A stretch of 63,492 bases of DNA, filler included, from Atractiella rhizophila (lineage: Eukaryota), in the NCBI GenBank assembly GCA_021432655.1. It is 12 parts of 11 records of this genome, joined end to end, with 100 filler letters (N's around TTAATTAATTAA, not from the genome) between each part and the next. Parts side by side here need not be neighbours in the genome. Positions count along the whole stretch, not along the records: positions 36,688 to 42,926 come from MU272319.1; positions 43,027 to 49,256 come from MU272320.1; positions 49,357 to 55,564 come from MU272321.1; 9 more parts are not named here. The stretch is one strand, 5' to 3'. A program made the position numbers and the translations under genes. Below are positions 38,650 to 51,481 of this stretch, one piece after another (within the stretch, counting starts at the first letter, position 1; each line of letters starts with the position of its first letter). The notes under the pieces are model-generated. The model made no database searches, was not told the DNA's origin, and saw only the letters and a list, made by a program, of their open reading frames with translations.

Positions 38650-41600
38650 GTTTGCGCGCATTATGATACTCAGATGGTTGTCAAGAAGGAAGAAGTGGAG
38701 GGAGGTGAAAAGAAGGAGGTTATTTATTATTGGTTTACTTGTAAGGAGTTTAAAGATCATGAAGTCGACCGGAATAGGGACGGATTTGCAAGTGGGGCTG
38801 CACCGACCTCGGAGCTTTTGGTAGGCGTTAAGGCATGTGAGGTAAAGCATGTGAAGTCCAGTGAGCGTTCAACAACACTGAAGGAATTTGGATATGCCTT
38901 CGGTGACAAGATTGATGGAAAGAAGAGTGGCATTCTGTACTTCCCTTACCCCCCTCAACACTTCCGATTCTGGCTCACTTTCCTCTGTGCTCGACGCAAA
39001 CCGCCGTTTAATATTGTTGAGGATTACAAGCTCCATATCATCTTCAAGATGCTTCAACCTGATGCGTACCTTATTAGTGCTGACCAAGTCTTGAAGGATC
39101 TCTAGAACATCTATACTTGAGCTACCCAGATTATTAAGGATGTTTATTTGAAGGTAGAAGTTTCTCCTAATTTTCACATCTCACTTTCTGAAAGATGTGG
39201 GACAGGACATTGACTGGTTTCATGTTTCTACTGACGCTTGGACCTCAAGGAACTACATGGCTTGGCTTGCTGTGCTGGATCATTATTGGTCAGGAACTGA
39301 GGTAAAAGAGATCATTTTAGAGTTTGTTTGGTACAGTGTTAGAGCACTGCTGTGTCCTGTATGCTGAACTTCCTCACAGGCTGAGTGATTCACACACGGG
39401 GAGATATTTGGCCGGAGAGATTGTGAAGGTGCTGGAGCGGTATGGTATTGATGGAAAAGTCAGTTTTGCATGTCCTTTGCCATGTCCATCGAATTAAACA
39501 TGGAATTAGTTGATGAGACTAGTAAGCCATAGTGCGTCAAACAAGGACACAATGGTTTCAGAACTCAAGCTCCTGCTCCCCTCCTTGAAGGGGCAAGAAT
39601 ATCAAATCTGGTGCCTTAATCATGTCCTCAACCTGGTTGCAAAGGTATGTTCCTTAGTTTCTAATCAAGTTTCTTACCTGGCATCCTTTTAGGCTCTGAT
39701 CTTGCCCTTCATGAAAGAGAAGAAAAGAAGGAAGAAGGGCGAAGAAACTGAGAGATTTGAAGATGACAGAGCTGTAAATAGCAGCAAGGAAGAGGCTGCT
39801 ATAATCGATAAGATAGTGGCAAGCCATGATGCAGTGCAGGAAGCTATGGATGATGATATTATTGAAGAGATATCTGATGAAGTATTGAAGGGACTGGAAC
39901 AGGAGGATCTGATGATAAGAGACTGAACATCGAGTTCAGTATGGAGGAGCACCAAGCTGTTCGTGGATGTGTTCAAAGGTCCATATCGCTTGATTATGTA
40001 TTCTTTCCTGAAGACATTGCAGATTTGGGAACTGTCTCACAAGATTGTTAATGGCAGCTCAATGAACCGGAATTTCAGCGTCTTGTGGAGCGATTTTACA
40101 AGGACCTCACAGATGCACGACTTCCAATCCAAGATGTTGTCACCCGGTAGAACAGTCTCTTCCTCTGGCTCGAACGAGCCCTCCTGGTCTGACAAGGTTT
40201 CAATGGTCTTACAGAACAGAGCTCATTCCAACTTAAGAGGTATGAAGTGATGGAACCCAAATGGAAAGTCCTAGGTGAATTGTGGGATGTTCTCAAGGTT
40301 TATCAATTGCTTCAATTTAATCTGTGCAAGATCTGAGCCTAGGCTGCAGCCTTTCTATTCAGCCATAGTCAAGCCATCTGCCAAGAAACGGGTGCTCCTT
40401 ACCGACGTAATCCCTTATCTCAATAAGTTTGACCATAACCTTCACAACCTCAAGCTTAACCGAAATGTGAGTCCGTTTATTCAGTTGGGTGTTTGTCACA
40501 TGATTGCAGTTCTTAATAAATATTATTCAAAGCTTGTCAGGAGACAAGCATGTATAAGTTGGCAATGGGTTCGTCTCTCTTGGTTATTATTACTGAGCTG
40601 ATGTGAACTTTTAGTGCTCCAACCTTACCACAAACTTAAGTACTACGAACACACAGGGTAGCTCACCTCCTAGATTCAAGATATTTGGGCATTGCTATTC
40701 AAAGATCTACCATCCTACTCCTTCTGTAGAAACCATAGTTGTAACTGATCTGCTGGATGAGGACTGGGGAGGATGGTGTAGTGGGCTAAGCACCAGTCCT
40801 GGCCAGCCCAAACGACGGTTTCTATGTGGCTGTGGGTTCGAATCCCACCCTTCCCACCCTGCTTGACCCACCAAGCAACCGCCCTGGCTTGACCTGGGAC
40901 ACTGACACTGACGTCAGTAGCTGAGGGTGATAACCCCTCCGGACACTGTGGGTACCACTGTGGACGCACAGTACAGGGGCGTGGTGCTGTGATGGTGCCA
41001 AGCCTCCCCTTGTTTCTTGGTGAACGCGTTTCCAATGTGCATGAGATCCGCAGCCTTCACACAAGGAGATAGGATGACATTTAGCCGAAGCTTAGAGGCA
41101 TGGTGATCACATGTGAGGTTTTAGTGGGTATTGTTCATAGAATGGAGCCCCACACTGTTCCTTTGCCGATCACGGCGGGTTCGTGCGTAAAAAGCATTTC
41201 CTCACCATAAAAAAAAAAAAAAAAAACTGGATGAGGACTCTGATGTGGAGGAACAGTTTGGACATCGAAAAGATTACCAGCAGACAGTTGAGACGGAATA
41301 TGACGAGATCAGACGGTACTTGGAAGATGACATGGAGAAGACTCGCAAGGACTTCGATGTACTGGCTTGGTGGGATGGAGAATGGCAAGGAAGCTGGTAT
41401 CCTAATCTTGCGAAGCTAGCAATAGCTGTGCTCTCCTGCCCTGGTGTGTACCATTTCCTTACTCCTTGCCTCCTGGTGACCCTTCCTTAGTGGCCAGTAC
41501 CGATGCAGAACGTGCTTTCAGTGTGGGAGGACTTCAGATCACTGGCCACCGGCACAATCTATCACAAGATTCATTCTGTGCTGCTGTGGCTTTAGGCTCC

Positions 41601-41666
41601 TGGTATGATGCTGGATTGCTTTCTGGGACAGACAAAGAGCTTTTTGATTACTTTAAGACACAGTAG
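38650..41666 (+). pseudogene. hAT transposase pseudogene (intron-containing, stops, SINE insertion)
   Basis: YYWFTC, PFNIVED, STDAWTS, HTGRYLA, CLNHVLNL, TR*NS, DVLAWW..YPNLAKLAIAVLSCP, ASTDAERAFS (hAT dimerisation domain). Confidence 0.92.
40766..41226 (+). mobile_element. tRNA-derived SINE (461 bp) nested in the hAT transposase
   Basis: A-box TGGTGTAGTGG and B-box GGTTCGAATCC at the 5' end, A18 tail (41209-41226), perfect 13-bp TSD CTGGATGAGGACT (40753-40765 and 41227-41239). Confidence 0.93.
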
Positions 41667-42157
41667 ACCTATATACACAGACAAACTAATCAGAACTACT
41701 CTTTCCCGCCCTGCTTTGTGACTGAATCATGAAGTGTCATGAATAATCACCTGAGAATCATGACTTGTCATGAATGCAATGTATGATCCGTGACATCACT
41801 GATGAATTGAACTTTGGTTGAAAAAGTCATGACTAGCTGTCATGAACTTATCATGAACTTGTCACCCGAGTCCCTGGCTAGAATGGCATGAGACTGTTGC
41901 AAACAATGCCACTCTTATGGAGGGAAGCCATGTTGAAAGTTTGAACCCACACCCGCTTTACACATCTTTCTGACTGGACAATACGTGCACATATGAGAAG
42001 CGAAAACACATCGCCAGGCCTAGCTCTTGGACAGACAAAAAGGGTTGCGGACCAGAATACTGTTTTGAATTAACCTTCTATTCGCCAAATCGAACCCACC
42101 CAACGACAACAATCAATATTTCATACGATTCAATCACTCCTCGCCCTGCTCCAATCC

Positions 42158-42346
42158 ATGTCTTTGACCTCGACCAGTGTTCGCCATTTGCTCCACCAAC
42201 CAGTTTGGCGCCTTCGAACCAAACAAACCACCCTTCGACCACGGTCAATTTTGCCTCTCAGAGGACCTTTCGCAAGGAGCACACTGATCAGGAGTTACAC
42301 GCGGGATATAAAGATGGAGGAATTGAAAGGTTACGACCCAGTTCAG
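42158..42346 (+). CDS. IDI1: Isopentenyl-diphosphate isomerase, first exon only
   Basis: Ends MEELKGYDPVQ|GTGAGT, matching the fungal IDI1 start L.GYD.EQ..LM. The call rests on this short motif; the rest of the gene lies beyond the linker. Confidence 0.6.
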
Positions 42347-43026
42347 GTGAGTGGCTGATGTCGTGCTGAAACTTTGCGATCTGGGAATGCTCGTAACATC
42401 TGACCATGTTGCTTGCTGGGCTTCAACACAAGAGAAAGAAACTGGATTTTGTAGAGCTGCTAAAATCAAACGGTGTCTGGATTGTCTGCCGCGTGTGCAA
42501 TTGCAGTCGATATGTTTCTTCGAGATGAACCCATACCGAGTTTCATAGTAGGCAAACCATTCTTGCATCCATTCAGAGAGGCAGAGGTCGAATGTCTGTG
42601 CGAAGGGAGATTCGACGAGGCCTTCATGGATAGCCAAAGTTTGAGTCTTCTAGACTATCTGAGTTGCGTTATTTAAGTGAACTGGACTAAATTCCACACT
42701 ATGAGCTTAGCTAGCTCACACTTGCTTCCCTTCACATTGCTTTGTTCTACTTGTGGGAGAGAAAGATGAAATGGAGGTAGCTAAAAGGATTCCCGAGTCC
42801 TGGTTTTTCGACCAGGAACACGCTTTCAACGTGAATGCACCCCATTCGGCTTGTGCTTACTTTCATTCGTTGGCTTGTAACGCGAGCACCTACGGCCGCT
42901 ACCGGTGAAAATGTTGACCTGTAGACNNNNNNNNNNNNNNNNNNNNNNNNNNNNNNNNNNNNNNNNNNNNTTAATTAATTAANNNNNNNNNNNNNNNNNN
43001 NNNNNNNNNNNNNNNNNNNNNNNNNN

Positions 43027-45009
43027 CTCTCCTCCTTCACCTTTGGCACGTTAGGACGGTCCAAAGAATCTTCATATGTGATGGCGCAACTGAGCGTCAC
43101 CAACAACTCAGATACCAGCTCCGCGAACGGGACAGTACTGATATATAAGTTTCGTGCCACGTTACGGTTAAACATATCGAATTTGGCCGTGTACGCATCC
43201 GTGAGGGTATCCTTGGGATCAAAAGATTTCAGCCGACTGACGCGCTCGTCCTTCGTTAGAGCAGTAGGTCCGTGCCGGATGATCACCCACACGAGGACGT
43301 GAAGAAATGATTGGATGTCGTCGCTGGCACGGTGCTCTCGATGATAGCTCTTCAATAGTCGGAGAGACAGGAATTGGAACGTCCCCTGAGTGACCATAGG
43401 CAAATGTTCGCATTCAGCCAAAAAGGGACGTACAATTCTCTCCAGAGCCCGTGCTTCAACGTGACCTTTGACTTTCGCCAATTCCCAATCAATAAGCAGT
43501 CCACGAACCTCGTCGCCCGCCCGGACGAGGAGTATGTTTCCAAAAGAGACGTCTCGATGGAGAATCTCGGCTTTCTCGACCGCGTCGCGATGAGCTACAA
43601 TCCTTCAAAGTCGGTCTAAATGTAAATGGAGCAAAACAAGAACGTGCCGGTAAAAGCATCAGACATCACTTTTACCAGTTCCCAAGTCGACTTGAACCGA
43701 TTTAACGGCTCTCCCACCTCTTCTAATACTATCCGATAGTGTCTCAGCTTTCGGCCACCCGTCCCCTCAGCAAATTGTAGAGGATTCTGGTTGTCGACGT
43801 CCCCATGGCAGACGACGGTTGCAATGTTCCTTACTTGTTTCAATCTCAAAATTTCATAAACATCTCCCTCCTTCCCATATTCCTCCTTCCTCCAAGTGTC
43901 CTTCAGGAGAACGACCTTCTTCTCTTTGACCCAGTAAGCGTGATAGCAACGAGTGCCACGACCGACAGGCCAACGATGACTACTCGTGAAAGGCTGTGCA
44001 AAGATAAATGTTTCGGTGTCCACGATGACCTGAAAGAGATTAGCCTCCTCCTCCAATCCCAGAGCCTTCCTCGCGTTCGCAGCAGCCTTCTTTCCCTTCA
44101 CACGCTGCACCGAGGTGTCGTGTCCCCTGGCGGACTCAGGCGCATGACTAAAGCGCCAGAGAAATTCACCAAGGTGATTTTCCGGGCCATTGATCTCAAA
44201 GGCATGCGACACTCGAGTTCCAGCTCGGGAATGGCATAGTAGGCGAGCTGTGGTGGACTGAACGTAGAACGAGAAGACGCGAGTTCGTGGCTGCATGATT
44301 TGAATAGCAGTGTGGTAGAGAGCCAACTGCCCCCGAATATCCTTCCCATCATCCGTCTGATTTTCAAAATTGTGATTATCCCTTGAATCAAAAGGTGGGC
44401 TGGTGGAACCTGGCTTCACCTGTCCGAAAAGTTGTAGCTTCTTCATGTTACAGGAAGTGAAGCCTGTCTCAGCGTAGAGAGACAGATCAGGTTTGGCTAC
44501 CGACTCCTGGTAAACCTCGTGGTCGGCATCGGACGTATTCACGAGCTCCCAGCCTGCAGCGAGAAATGGCTCGAGAGCCTTGATCTGCCCTCATTCTCAG
44601 CGTCACCTTCCTCCAACAATTCAAGGCAACCCACGAGGGGACTGTATTGAGCTTTCTCCTGCTCGCCAGTCATAACATCTGGCGCGTTAAGCCTCTTGCG
44701 CTGAAAATCTTGCCGTTTTGGTAGCATGTCCACAACTTTCCCCACAGGAACCTCCTCGAATTCCCCAGCCACATCAAACTCAGCACGAGCGTAGGTGGGC
44801 TTTTGCGCGGCCAAAGATGAAGACGAATCAATTCCGCTGGCATCGATAGTAAACTTGAGTGGCGTTGGCGCGGAAAGGGGTTGTTGTTCTGAACGCTGAG
44901 AGCTGGGTTTTGATGGCGTAGACATTTTTGGGACTGTTTCAGAACTGGGTTCGGATGAGCTGTTGGGAGATTTCGGAGGCGTCTTCAAGGCAGTCTTCAA
45001 GGCAGACAT
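43027..45009 (-). CDS. Fungal-type protein kinase (FunK1 / Pkinase_fungal), 3'-truncated
   Basis: GRGTRCY, LKDTWR, HYRIVLEEVGEPLNRFKSTWELV, LHRDVSFGNILL, GLLIDWELAK, GTFQFLS, DDIQSFLHVLVW. Confidence 0.93.
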
Positions 45010-45482
45010 GATCGTTTTTGTGTGGTTTTGGTGCGTTCCCGCTTTGGGATGACGTTTGCACGTGTCGTCCGTCTGGCGTTCACCCTCCGGGATCCGCGGT
45101 AAGCCGGGCTTTGTTCAACGTTGAACACTTGACATCTGCGATCCCATCGACGGCACTTTAGGCGAAGCAAAGAGCGGTAAGAGAATGAGCGATAACGCAG
45201 GTGCGTCCCTCACATAATTGTGGCGTTGGGTTGGAGGAGCATGAATGTGCCGAGGACGAGATTGGAGTGATTGATATCTCTTTTTTGACGTGGACTGTAC
45301 ACTTCGTCTTCTCGAAGCCAGGCGTGTATCAGAGTGTCACAGCTCCGATAAATGTATCACATGGGCAGCGAATACAAACCTGCAGTTGATGGTCTCGTCT
45401 TGCGTCAAGCTGCCCGTTAGCTTGCTGGCCATCTTTCTGATGAATAAGAACAGAAAGCTGATTTTATTAATGATATCGTGTA

Positions 45483-46348
45483 GTGCCAGCGTTCAATCCC
45501 GCGCGTGGAGAAAGAGGCCGTGGGCGTGGTGGCGGGACGGGTAGAGGACGCGGAGTGACATCTCCACCTGTTAGTTCGACAAGTCCTCCTGCTCCGACTA
45601 CAACCGAGTCAGGAACCACAGAGAAGGCAGTCGAAGGAGCAAGTTGGGACACGGATGATTCAAAGCCTGTTGAGAACATTGTGTGGAGTGCAGAGGATCC
45701 TAAGGCCACCGAGGACGCTGGTTTGGACTCGGGTGAGAAGAAGGACGAGTCGGCTAAATCCGAGCAGGGGAAGGAGGGATCTGGAGAAGGTAAAAAGAGG
45801 GAGAAGAAGCCAATATACAATAACCCTGATAGGCACAAGACTGGAGGTCCTGCCCGCGTATGTTCTAGTCCGATCTTTTCGCGACATTGTTCTGAATCGA
45901 TATGCAGGAGAAACTGACGGAGGAAGAGTTGGCTGCAAAGATGGAAAAGATCCGACTACAGAATGAACGTCTCAAGGCGAGGAAGGAAGAAGTGGATGCG
46001 GACGAGTCTGCTTACACTGCCGTCACTGCGGAAGAAATCCAAGCGGCGAAGTTGAGACGAGAGAAGCAACAGGAGATAGATGCTGCTCGCCAGGAAAACG
46101 CAAAGAGGAAACTCGAGGCATTCTCCGGAAGGGAGTGGGATAGTGAGAAGGGAGACGGTTCTTGGGATAAAACTCGCGGTCGTGACGACCAAGGAAGAGG
46201 AGGTGGACGAGGTGGCGGCGGAGGGAGAGGGAGAGGCAGAGGCAGGGGAACTGGGCGTGCTGCAGACTCGACCGTGGATAAGGATGCTGAGAGTCCAAAT
46301 ACTGCCTCGACCTCAACGTCACCCGGTCAGGAGAAACTCTCTGGATAG
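45483..46348 (+). CDS. Uncharacterised RGG-rich coiled-coil protein; start not resolved
   Basis: RG repeats at both ends, KPIYNNPDRHKTGGPAR/EKLTEEELAAKMEKIRLQNERL, GREWDSEK; GT-AG intron near 45858-45907. Confidence 0.7.
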
Positions 46349-46683
46349 ATGAGGGAGAGAAAAGACAAAGGGATTTCGTTCCCAGCACAAAGTGAGATAT
46401 GACACATTTTACCCTCACTCGCGACAGTTATTTCCCTTCGGAGGCTGGGAGGCGAGACTGGTTTGCTCGGTACGTATTTTTGTTGCAAGTGACTGTTTGT
46501 TCTCACGCCTCTCTTCGATAATATTGCGCAGATATTTCGCTAAGGCACAATTTGAGCTCCATGCCTCCATCGCTCGCACTTTCACATCCTTCTTTTCATC
46601 CAATGTTCACACATCTCACAATTATGTGCAAAGTCCCGTGGTTATCATAATGCGAACCTGAACTTTGTTATTTACTCACTACC

Positions 46684-48658
46684 TCAAATTTTACATTTCG
46701 CAATAGCCTCATTCACTCGAGCCAAATTTTCCTCTACAATGTCAATCTCCCAACGTATTTGATCTGATTCCCTCCCTCCTTCTTTCGCCTTATTTTTCAT
46801 CTGCTCCAGGCGTTTCTTGATGGGATCGAGGAAGTTTTGATCCCAGGCTCTGATTACGTTTGATGTTCGAATGTTGGTCTATTCACTCTGCTCAGCATTT
46901 GTCTGAGATTGAAAGCACTGTGACGTACGATATTTTTTTCATCTCGGCTCAAAAGCCAATACCAGAAGGCCAGTCTCTTGACTACCCAATTAAGATCTTC
47001 ACCCACCACACCCATTCCCTCCTCCTTTTCGTCTCCAAGCTTCCAAAACACCTCCTTGAGCTCCTCCATCAGAAAGGGAGTCCGGAAAATCGATTCCTGC
47101 TCTTTCTTCTCTTTCTCTGAGATCGGCTCTGGCAAAGAAAGCTTTTGCTGAAGGATAGCTTGCAGAATTCCCACTGACTCCGCCTTGACTTCCTTCCACG
47201 GTGGACTAGTCAGGAGGTCCTTCAAGAATAAGAGTTGTAGATCCTCCCTTCCCTTCTCTCGAGGCTTGAACCTGCTCTTCACAACAGGAGGTGGTGGCGC
47301 GAGCTGAAGGATGATGAAATAAAGAAGTCTGAGAGCGACGAATCGGATTTTGGGATCAGGATCGGTGCAAGCGATCATGGGTACGAAAGAAACGAGACGG
47401 AAGAGGAGCGAATCGTCTTTCTCCCAACCTCCTCCGCCATCTTTGAGGCATTTGAAGAGCCAAAAAAGGGTCTCGTCGACGGGGTCAGATGGTGAAATGC
47501 TGCCGTTGATGCTGATGAATGCAGAGAGGAAGGGCAGTGTGGAAGGCAGGAACGAAAATCGTGGACGCTTGGAAGATGGGAAGTAGAGGGACGAGAGGAG
47601 GAGAAAGGCTCCTTGTGCCGTCGGTAGATCCGGCGGTGAGACAGACTTGAGCTCTGTTGATGAAGCCGACGCCTCATCCCCGTCGTTCGAGAACACCTTC
47701 GCAACCAGGGGCTTCTTTGAGCCTGAGACTGAAGAGGTGTAACTGGTAATGATCTCCAGACATCGTTCGCTCCCCAGACCTAAAGCAGACGCGATGGATT
47801 CGACTGCTGCGAACAGCAGATCCTTCTCTCCTGTTGTATTGTCTGTGAAAGACTGCCCAGGGAGGCGCCATTTGGGTTCCACTGTGGAGAAGTAGCGAGC
47901 AGCAAGATTTCGAGGTGCCAAGAGTTGTGATCGAAAAAGGACGAGAACATGGAGGAGAAAGTCAGACAAGATCGATTGCGCCTGCATGCAATATTCAAGA
48001 ATAATTCATCGATCTGCAAGAGACGAACCGTGACGAAGTCTAAGTAGTTGTTATTCACAGAGCCGATCCAAGGTATGTCAACCTCCTGCTCGGATGACGA
48101 AAGAGAGCGAATAAACTCGAGAATAGAGTTGAAAAGAGGTCGGAGGGAAGACCTATCGTTCTTCTTGAGATCATCTGTGTGTTCCTCGTCTTCAATCTGT
48201 GCCGAAAAGTCATCTAAGACCTTGTTGCAAGCGCTGATGATCGCTTGAGTGGCCGTCGAGACGAACGAGGAAGATTTCTTCGCCTTGATATTCCGCATCA
48301 CTAAGCGGCGTAAGCTCCCCTCATAATTGGAAAGGAGGTGCATACCGACGCTCAACACTTCTATTGCTCCCTGGAGCTTCATGATTTCATTTAACACTAC
48401 CTTATCACCACCCTCAGTCCCAATCCCCATCATTCCCTCCATCAGGTCCACGAAAGCCTCTTTGAAGCTTCCCCTCTTCCCAAACTCGTTCAAGGTGTCG
48501 TTACACTCCTTTTTGTGCGTGATATACCAGGGAGAGAGGGCAAAAGGGAGATTGGAAGGAAACTCTGCCTCTTCTGGTAACTCAACAAGTTGTGTTATCA
48601 GCCGGTCGGTGGGAGGGGCAAGAGAGAGATCTGAGAGCGCTTCTTGGAGATCATCCAT
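46684..48658 (-). CDS. Helical-repeat protein of the YBP1/ALF4/glomulin type
   Basis: Two long exons plus a terminal exon. PDPKIRFVALRLL, LLTSPPWKEVKAESVGIL, FWYWLLSRDEKNI/TNIR resemble the family C-terminus; stop at 46684-46686. Confidence 0.6.
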
Positions 48659-49356
48659 GTTTAAACCTGCCCAAAGTCCGTATCTTCATTAGATTGTCTG
48701 TAATTTGCTTGCATCACAGAATAATTTGAATGTAGCCTTTTCGAGTCCATTTCCTGCAATATATGGCAGCAGCTCCCATCCATGCAGTGTCAGATCAGTT
48801 CTTTCTGATGGACAATACACAACCGTAGTGGCTTAAGCGCAGTGCTATCTGAGCACATCTTGGAAGAACTTTCGCCTCGGTACACAATATGAAAGAAAGA
48901 CACAACGCTTGCTTTCTTGCTCAATAATTGGTTCCCTAAGCTCCAACTTCCATCCAGTGGATTTCTTCTGTTTATCTTTCCTCCTGTCGTACTCTCCTTT
49001 ACACAGATTCTGTAAGACTATGATGATCGGCACTTGAACAAAGTCGTTGTCATGGACTGTTTTGGATGTACTAAACTCATGTCCTTGTTTGAGATTGGCC
49101 CAATTTGAAATTCTCCTCAAGAAACACGAAGAAAGAAACGTAGTAGACGGGAGTCAATGTAAAAGTTGAAGTGAACGGTAGGAGACATAGATACACTGCG
49201 ATAGAAGGACTGTGAAAGGTGTGGACTTCAGTTTCAGTAGAGCTCGTCACTCCATGNNNNNNNNNNNNNNNNNNNNNNNNNNNNNNNNNNNNNNNNNNNN
49301 TTAATTAATTAANNNNNNNNNNNNNNNNNNNNNNNNNNNNNNNNNNNNNNNNNNNN

Positions 49357-51187
49357 TCCGGTTCATTCATCCACGCAGCTCTAAGCCTACTCCTAAACCC
49401 ATCCAACCGCCTATCGACCTCCTCCCCCCTCTGTCCCTTCTTCCCAACCTTACTGCTCTCCCTCGCGCCCTTCCGAAAATACCTCTCCCTCTCCTCCGCC
49501 AACAGTGCCGCTCCCGAAATTCCTCCGGAGCTCTTGGAATTTTTCGTCTTCTTCTTCTGTTCGGAGTCGGAATCGGAGTCTGATCCGCCGCCGTGGTCTT
49601 TCTTCAATGATGCCTGCAAGGCTGCGATCTCTCGACGGCGTTTCTCACTATTCGAAACAACGGACCCAACGATCGCACATCACGTCAGACCAAGAACCAA
49701 GATGGTCGGGTAGGGACGGATGGGAAAGAGATTAGGCGTGACGAACCTCTCGTCTTCCGGTACGGGTTCCGCCTTCTTCTTTTTCGGTTTCGCCGGCGCC
49801 GCCTCCGCCTCCTGCGCTTTCGTTTCCATCGTTGTCGATTTTTGTTGGTCGAGGTCGTCCAAAGCCTCCGCTTTCCGTTTACGTGCACCGGCCAACATGT
49901 CCGGTGGGAGGTCTGGCTTGAGAGCTCGATCGTCAACGGAGCGCAAGTCGAGACGTTCGTCTTTAACCGCTTCATGGATCGACTTGAGGGAGGAAGTAGG
50001 GGGTCTGGCTGAATCGTCCCCTTCACCGTCTTCGAAGGACATTAGGGATTTATTTCTCCGCACCACAGTCGTCAGCCACTTCACATGACAAAGGAGGGAG
50101 GGGAGGGAGGAACACTCACTTGGTTCCTTTGCCTCTCTTTCCCTTCTTCTCTTCCCTCTCCTTCTTCTCCTTCTTCGCCTCTTTCCTAGCTTTCGCCTGC
50201 TCCCTCCTCTCTTCAGCCGTGATCCTTGGTTCAATATCTTTGAAAGGGTTCTCGAGCACCTCCACCGACCGAATGGTGTATGGGTCCAATGGTCGCTCGC
50301 TATCAGGATGGAGGTCGGCTTCAGCTATCTGTATTGGATCCCCAGACAGCATTAGTGCTTTCTGTATTGTGCTGTCGGTGGTAAAGGGAAGGCAGAAGGA
50401 GGGAGGAAGACAGACCTTGAGAACATTGTAGAGGGTGTCTCCAACGACCTGGAAATTGTTTAATATAGACAGATCGAAGAGAGAAGGAGAGGGCGCACGC
50501 GTCCGAAAATCGTGTTTTTGCCTTGCAAACTGTCTGCACGGTCGAGCGTGATGAAGAACCTGTTTTCACAGTCCTCAATCTCCATTTGAGGCGTAAGTGG
50601 ATGTACGGACTGAGAAAGATTGGTGTTCTTCTTCCCTTCATTGGCCATGGCGACCAATCCTCTCCGGTTGAACTTGAGGCGTTGGTTGAACTCGTCCTCG
50701 AATGGCTCATCGAATATACTTTCTGTTAGATCGTTATTGTGTTCAATGAATATGTAAATAATGATAAGCTTACCTCCTCCATCCCCAGAATTTGTACGGT
50801 CCCCTGTTTGTACTATGAAGTTAGGAACGACTCGAAAGAACTGGCATCCATCATAGTAGCCTATCACGCATCAAAATATGCTCGTTTTACCTTTACCATG
50901 AACAAGGACAGCAACACACCTTCCAAACACAACTGAATGAAGCTTGATAACACAACAATCGCCAAATCAACTACACACCCCAAACCCAACACAGAGAGGG
51001 AAGACTAACTTGCGACACGCTTTCGGGATCTCTTTCGCCCACAATTCGATGAGAATCTGCCCTGCAGTCGTCTCGAGCGAGACTTTTGCGGATGGTATGG
51101 GCTCGGTGACACTGCAACGCGCGTATTAGCTGCTGTTGAGGTGATGGGAGGAGAGCAGAGGAGGAGGACGGACAAGATGTTGGCCAT
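49357..51187 (-). CDS. CWC27: Spliceosomal cyclophilin Cwc27, 3'-truncated by linker
   Basis: MANIF/VTEP..AKVSLETTAGQILIELWAKEIPKACRN/FIQLCLE/GYYDG..FFRVVPNFIVQTGD, RLKFNRRGLVAMAN, FFITLDRADSLQGKNTIFGR, VLENPFKDIEPR. Confidence 0.95.
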
Positions 51188-51481
51188 TTGGAGGCAGCTG
51201 GCAGCTCAGCCTGAAAGGTTTGGAGGAGGCAGGAGATGACTGCTTGCTACTGCGAGCGGATGTGGCTGTGGCGTATTCCTCCTTGAGTTGGGATTGTATC
51301 GACCCTGGCCGCTATGACAGCTCTGATGACAGCTACTGAGCTACAGAGAAGTAGCCAATGTGTGAACTTTGATGCACATTGATGCTGGCAATGTTTTGCT
51401 CACCATCAATAACTGCATTGTTATTGTCAATGTTGCCATGTCCTTTATCAGTAATTTATAGTAGCAAGCAGCCAAGGCAAG

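Larger units (their letters stand above)
38013..41876 (+). mobile_element. Full-length but decayed hAT DNA transposon
   Basis: TIRs TAGGGACTCGCGTGA / TCACCCGAGTCCCTG (13/15). 8-bp TSD GCCAGAAT (38005-38012) / GCTAGAAT (41877-41884). Subterminal TCATGA motifs at both ends. Confidence 0.95.

Noticed and set aside
40766..40856. Functional tRNA gene (including tRNA-Sec)
   Set aside because: No pairing anticodon arm, and it is the head of a TSD-flanked poly(A) insertion, so it is a SINE head.
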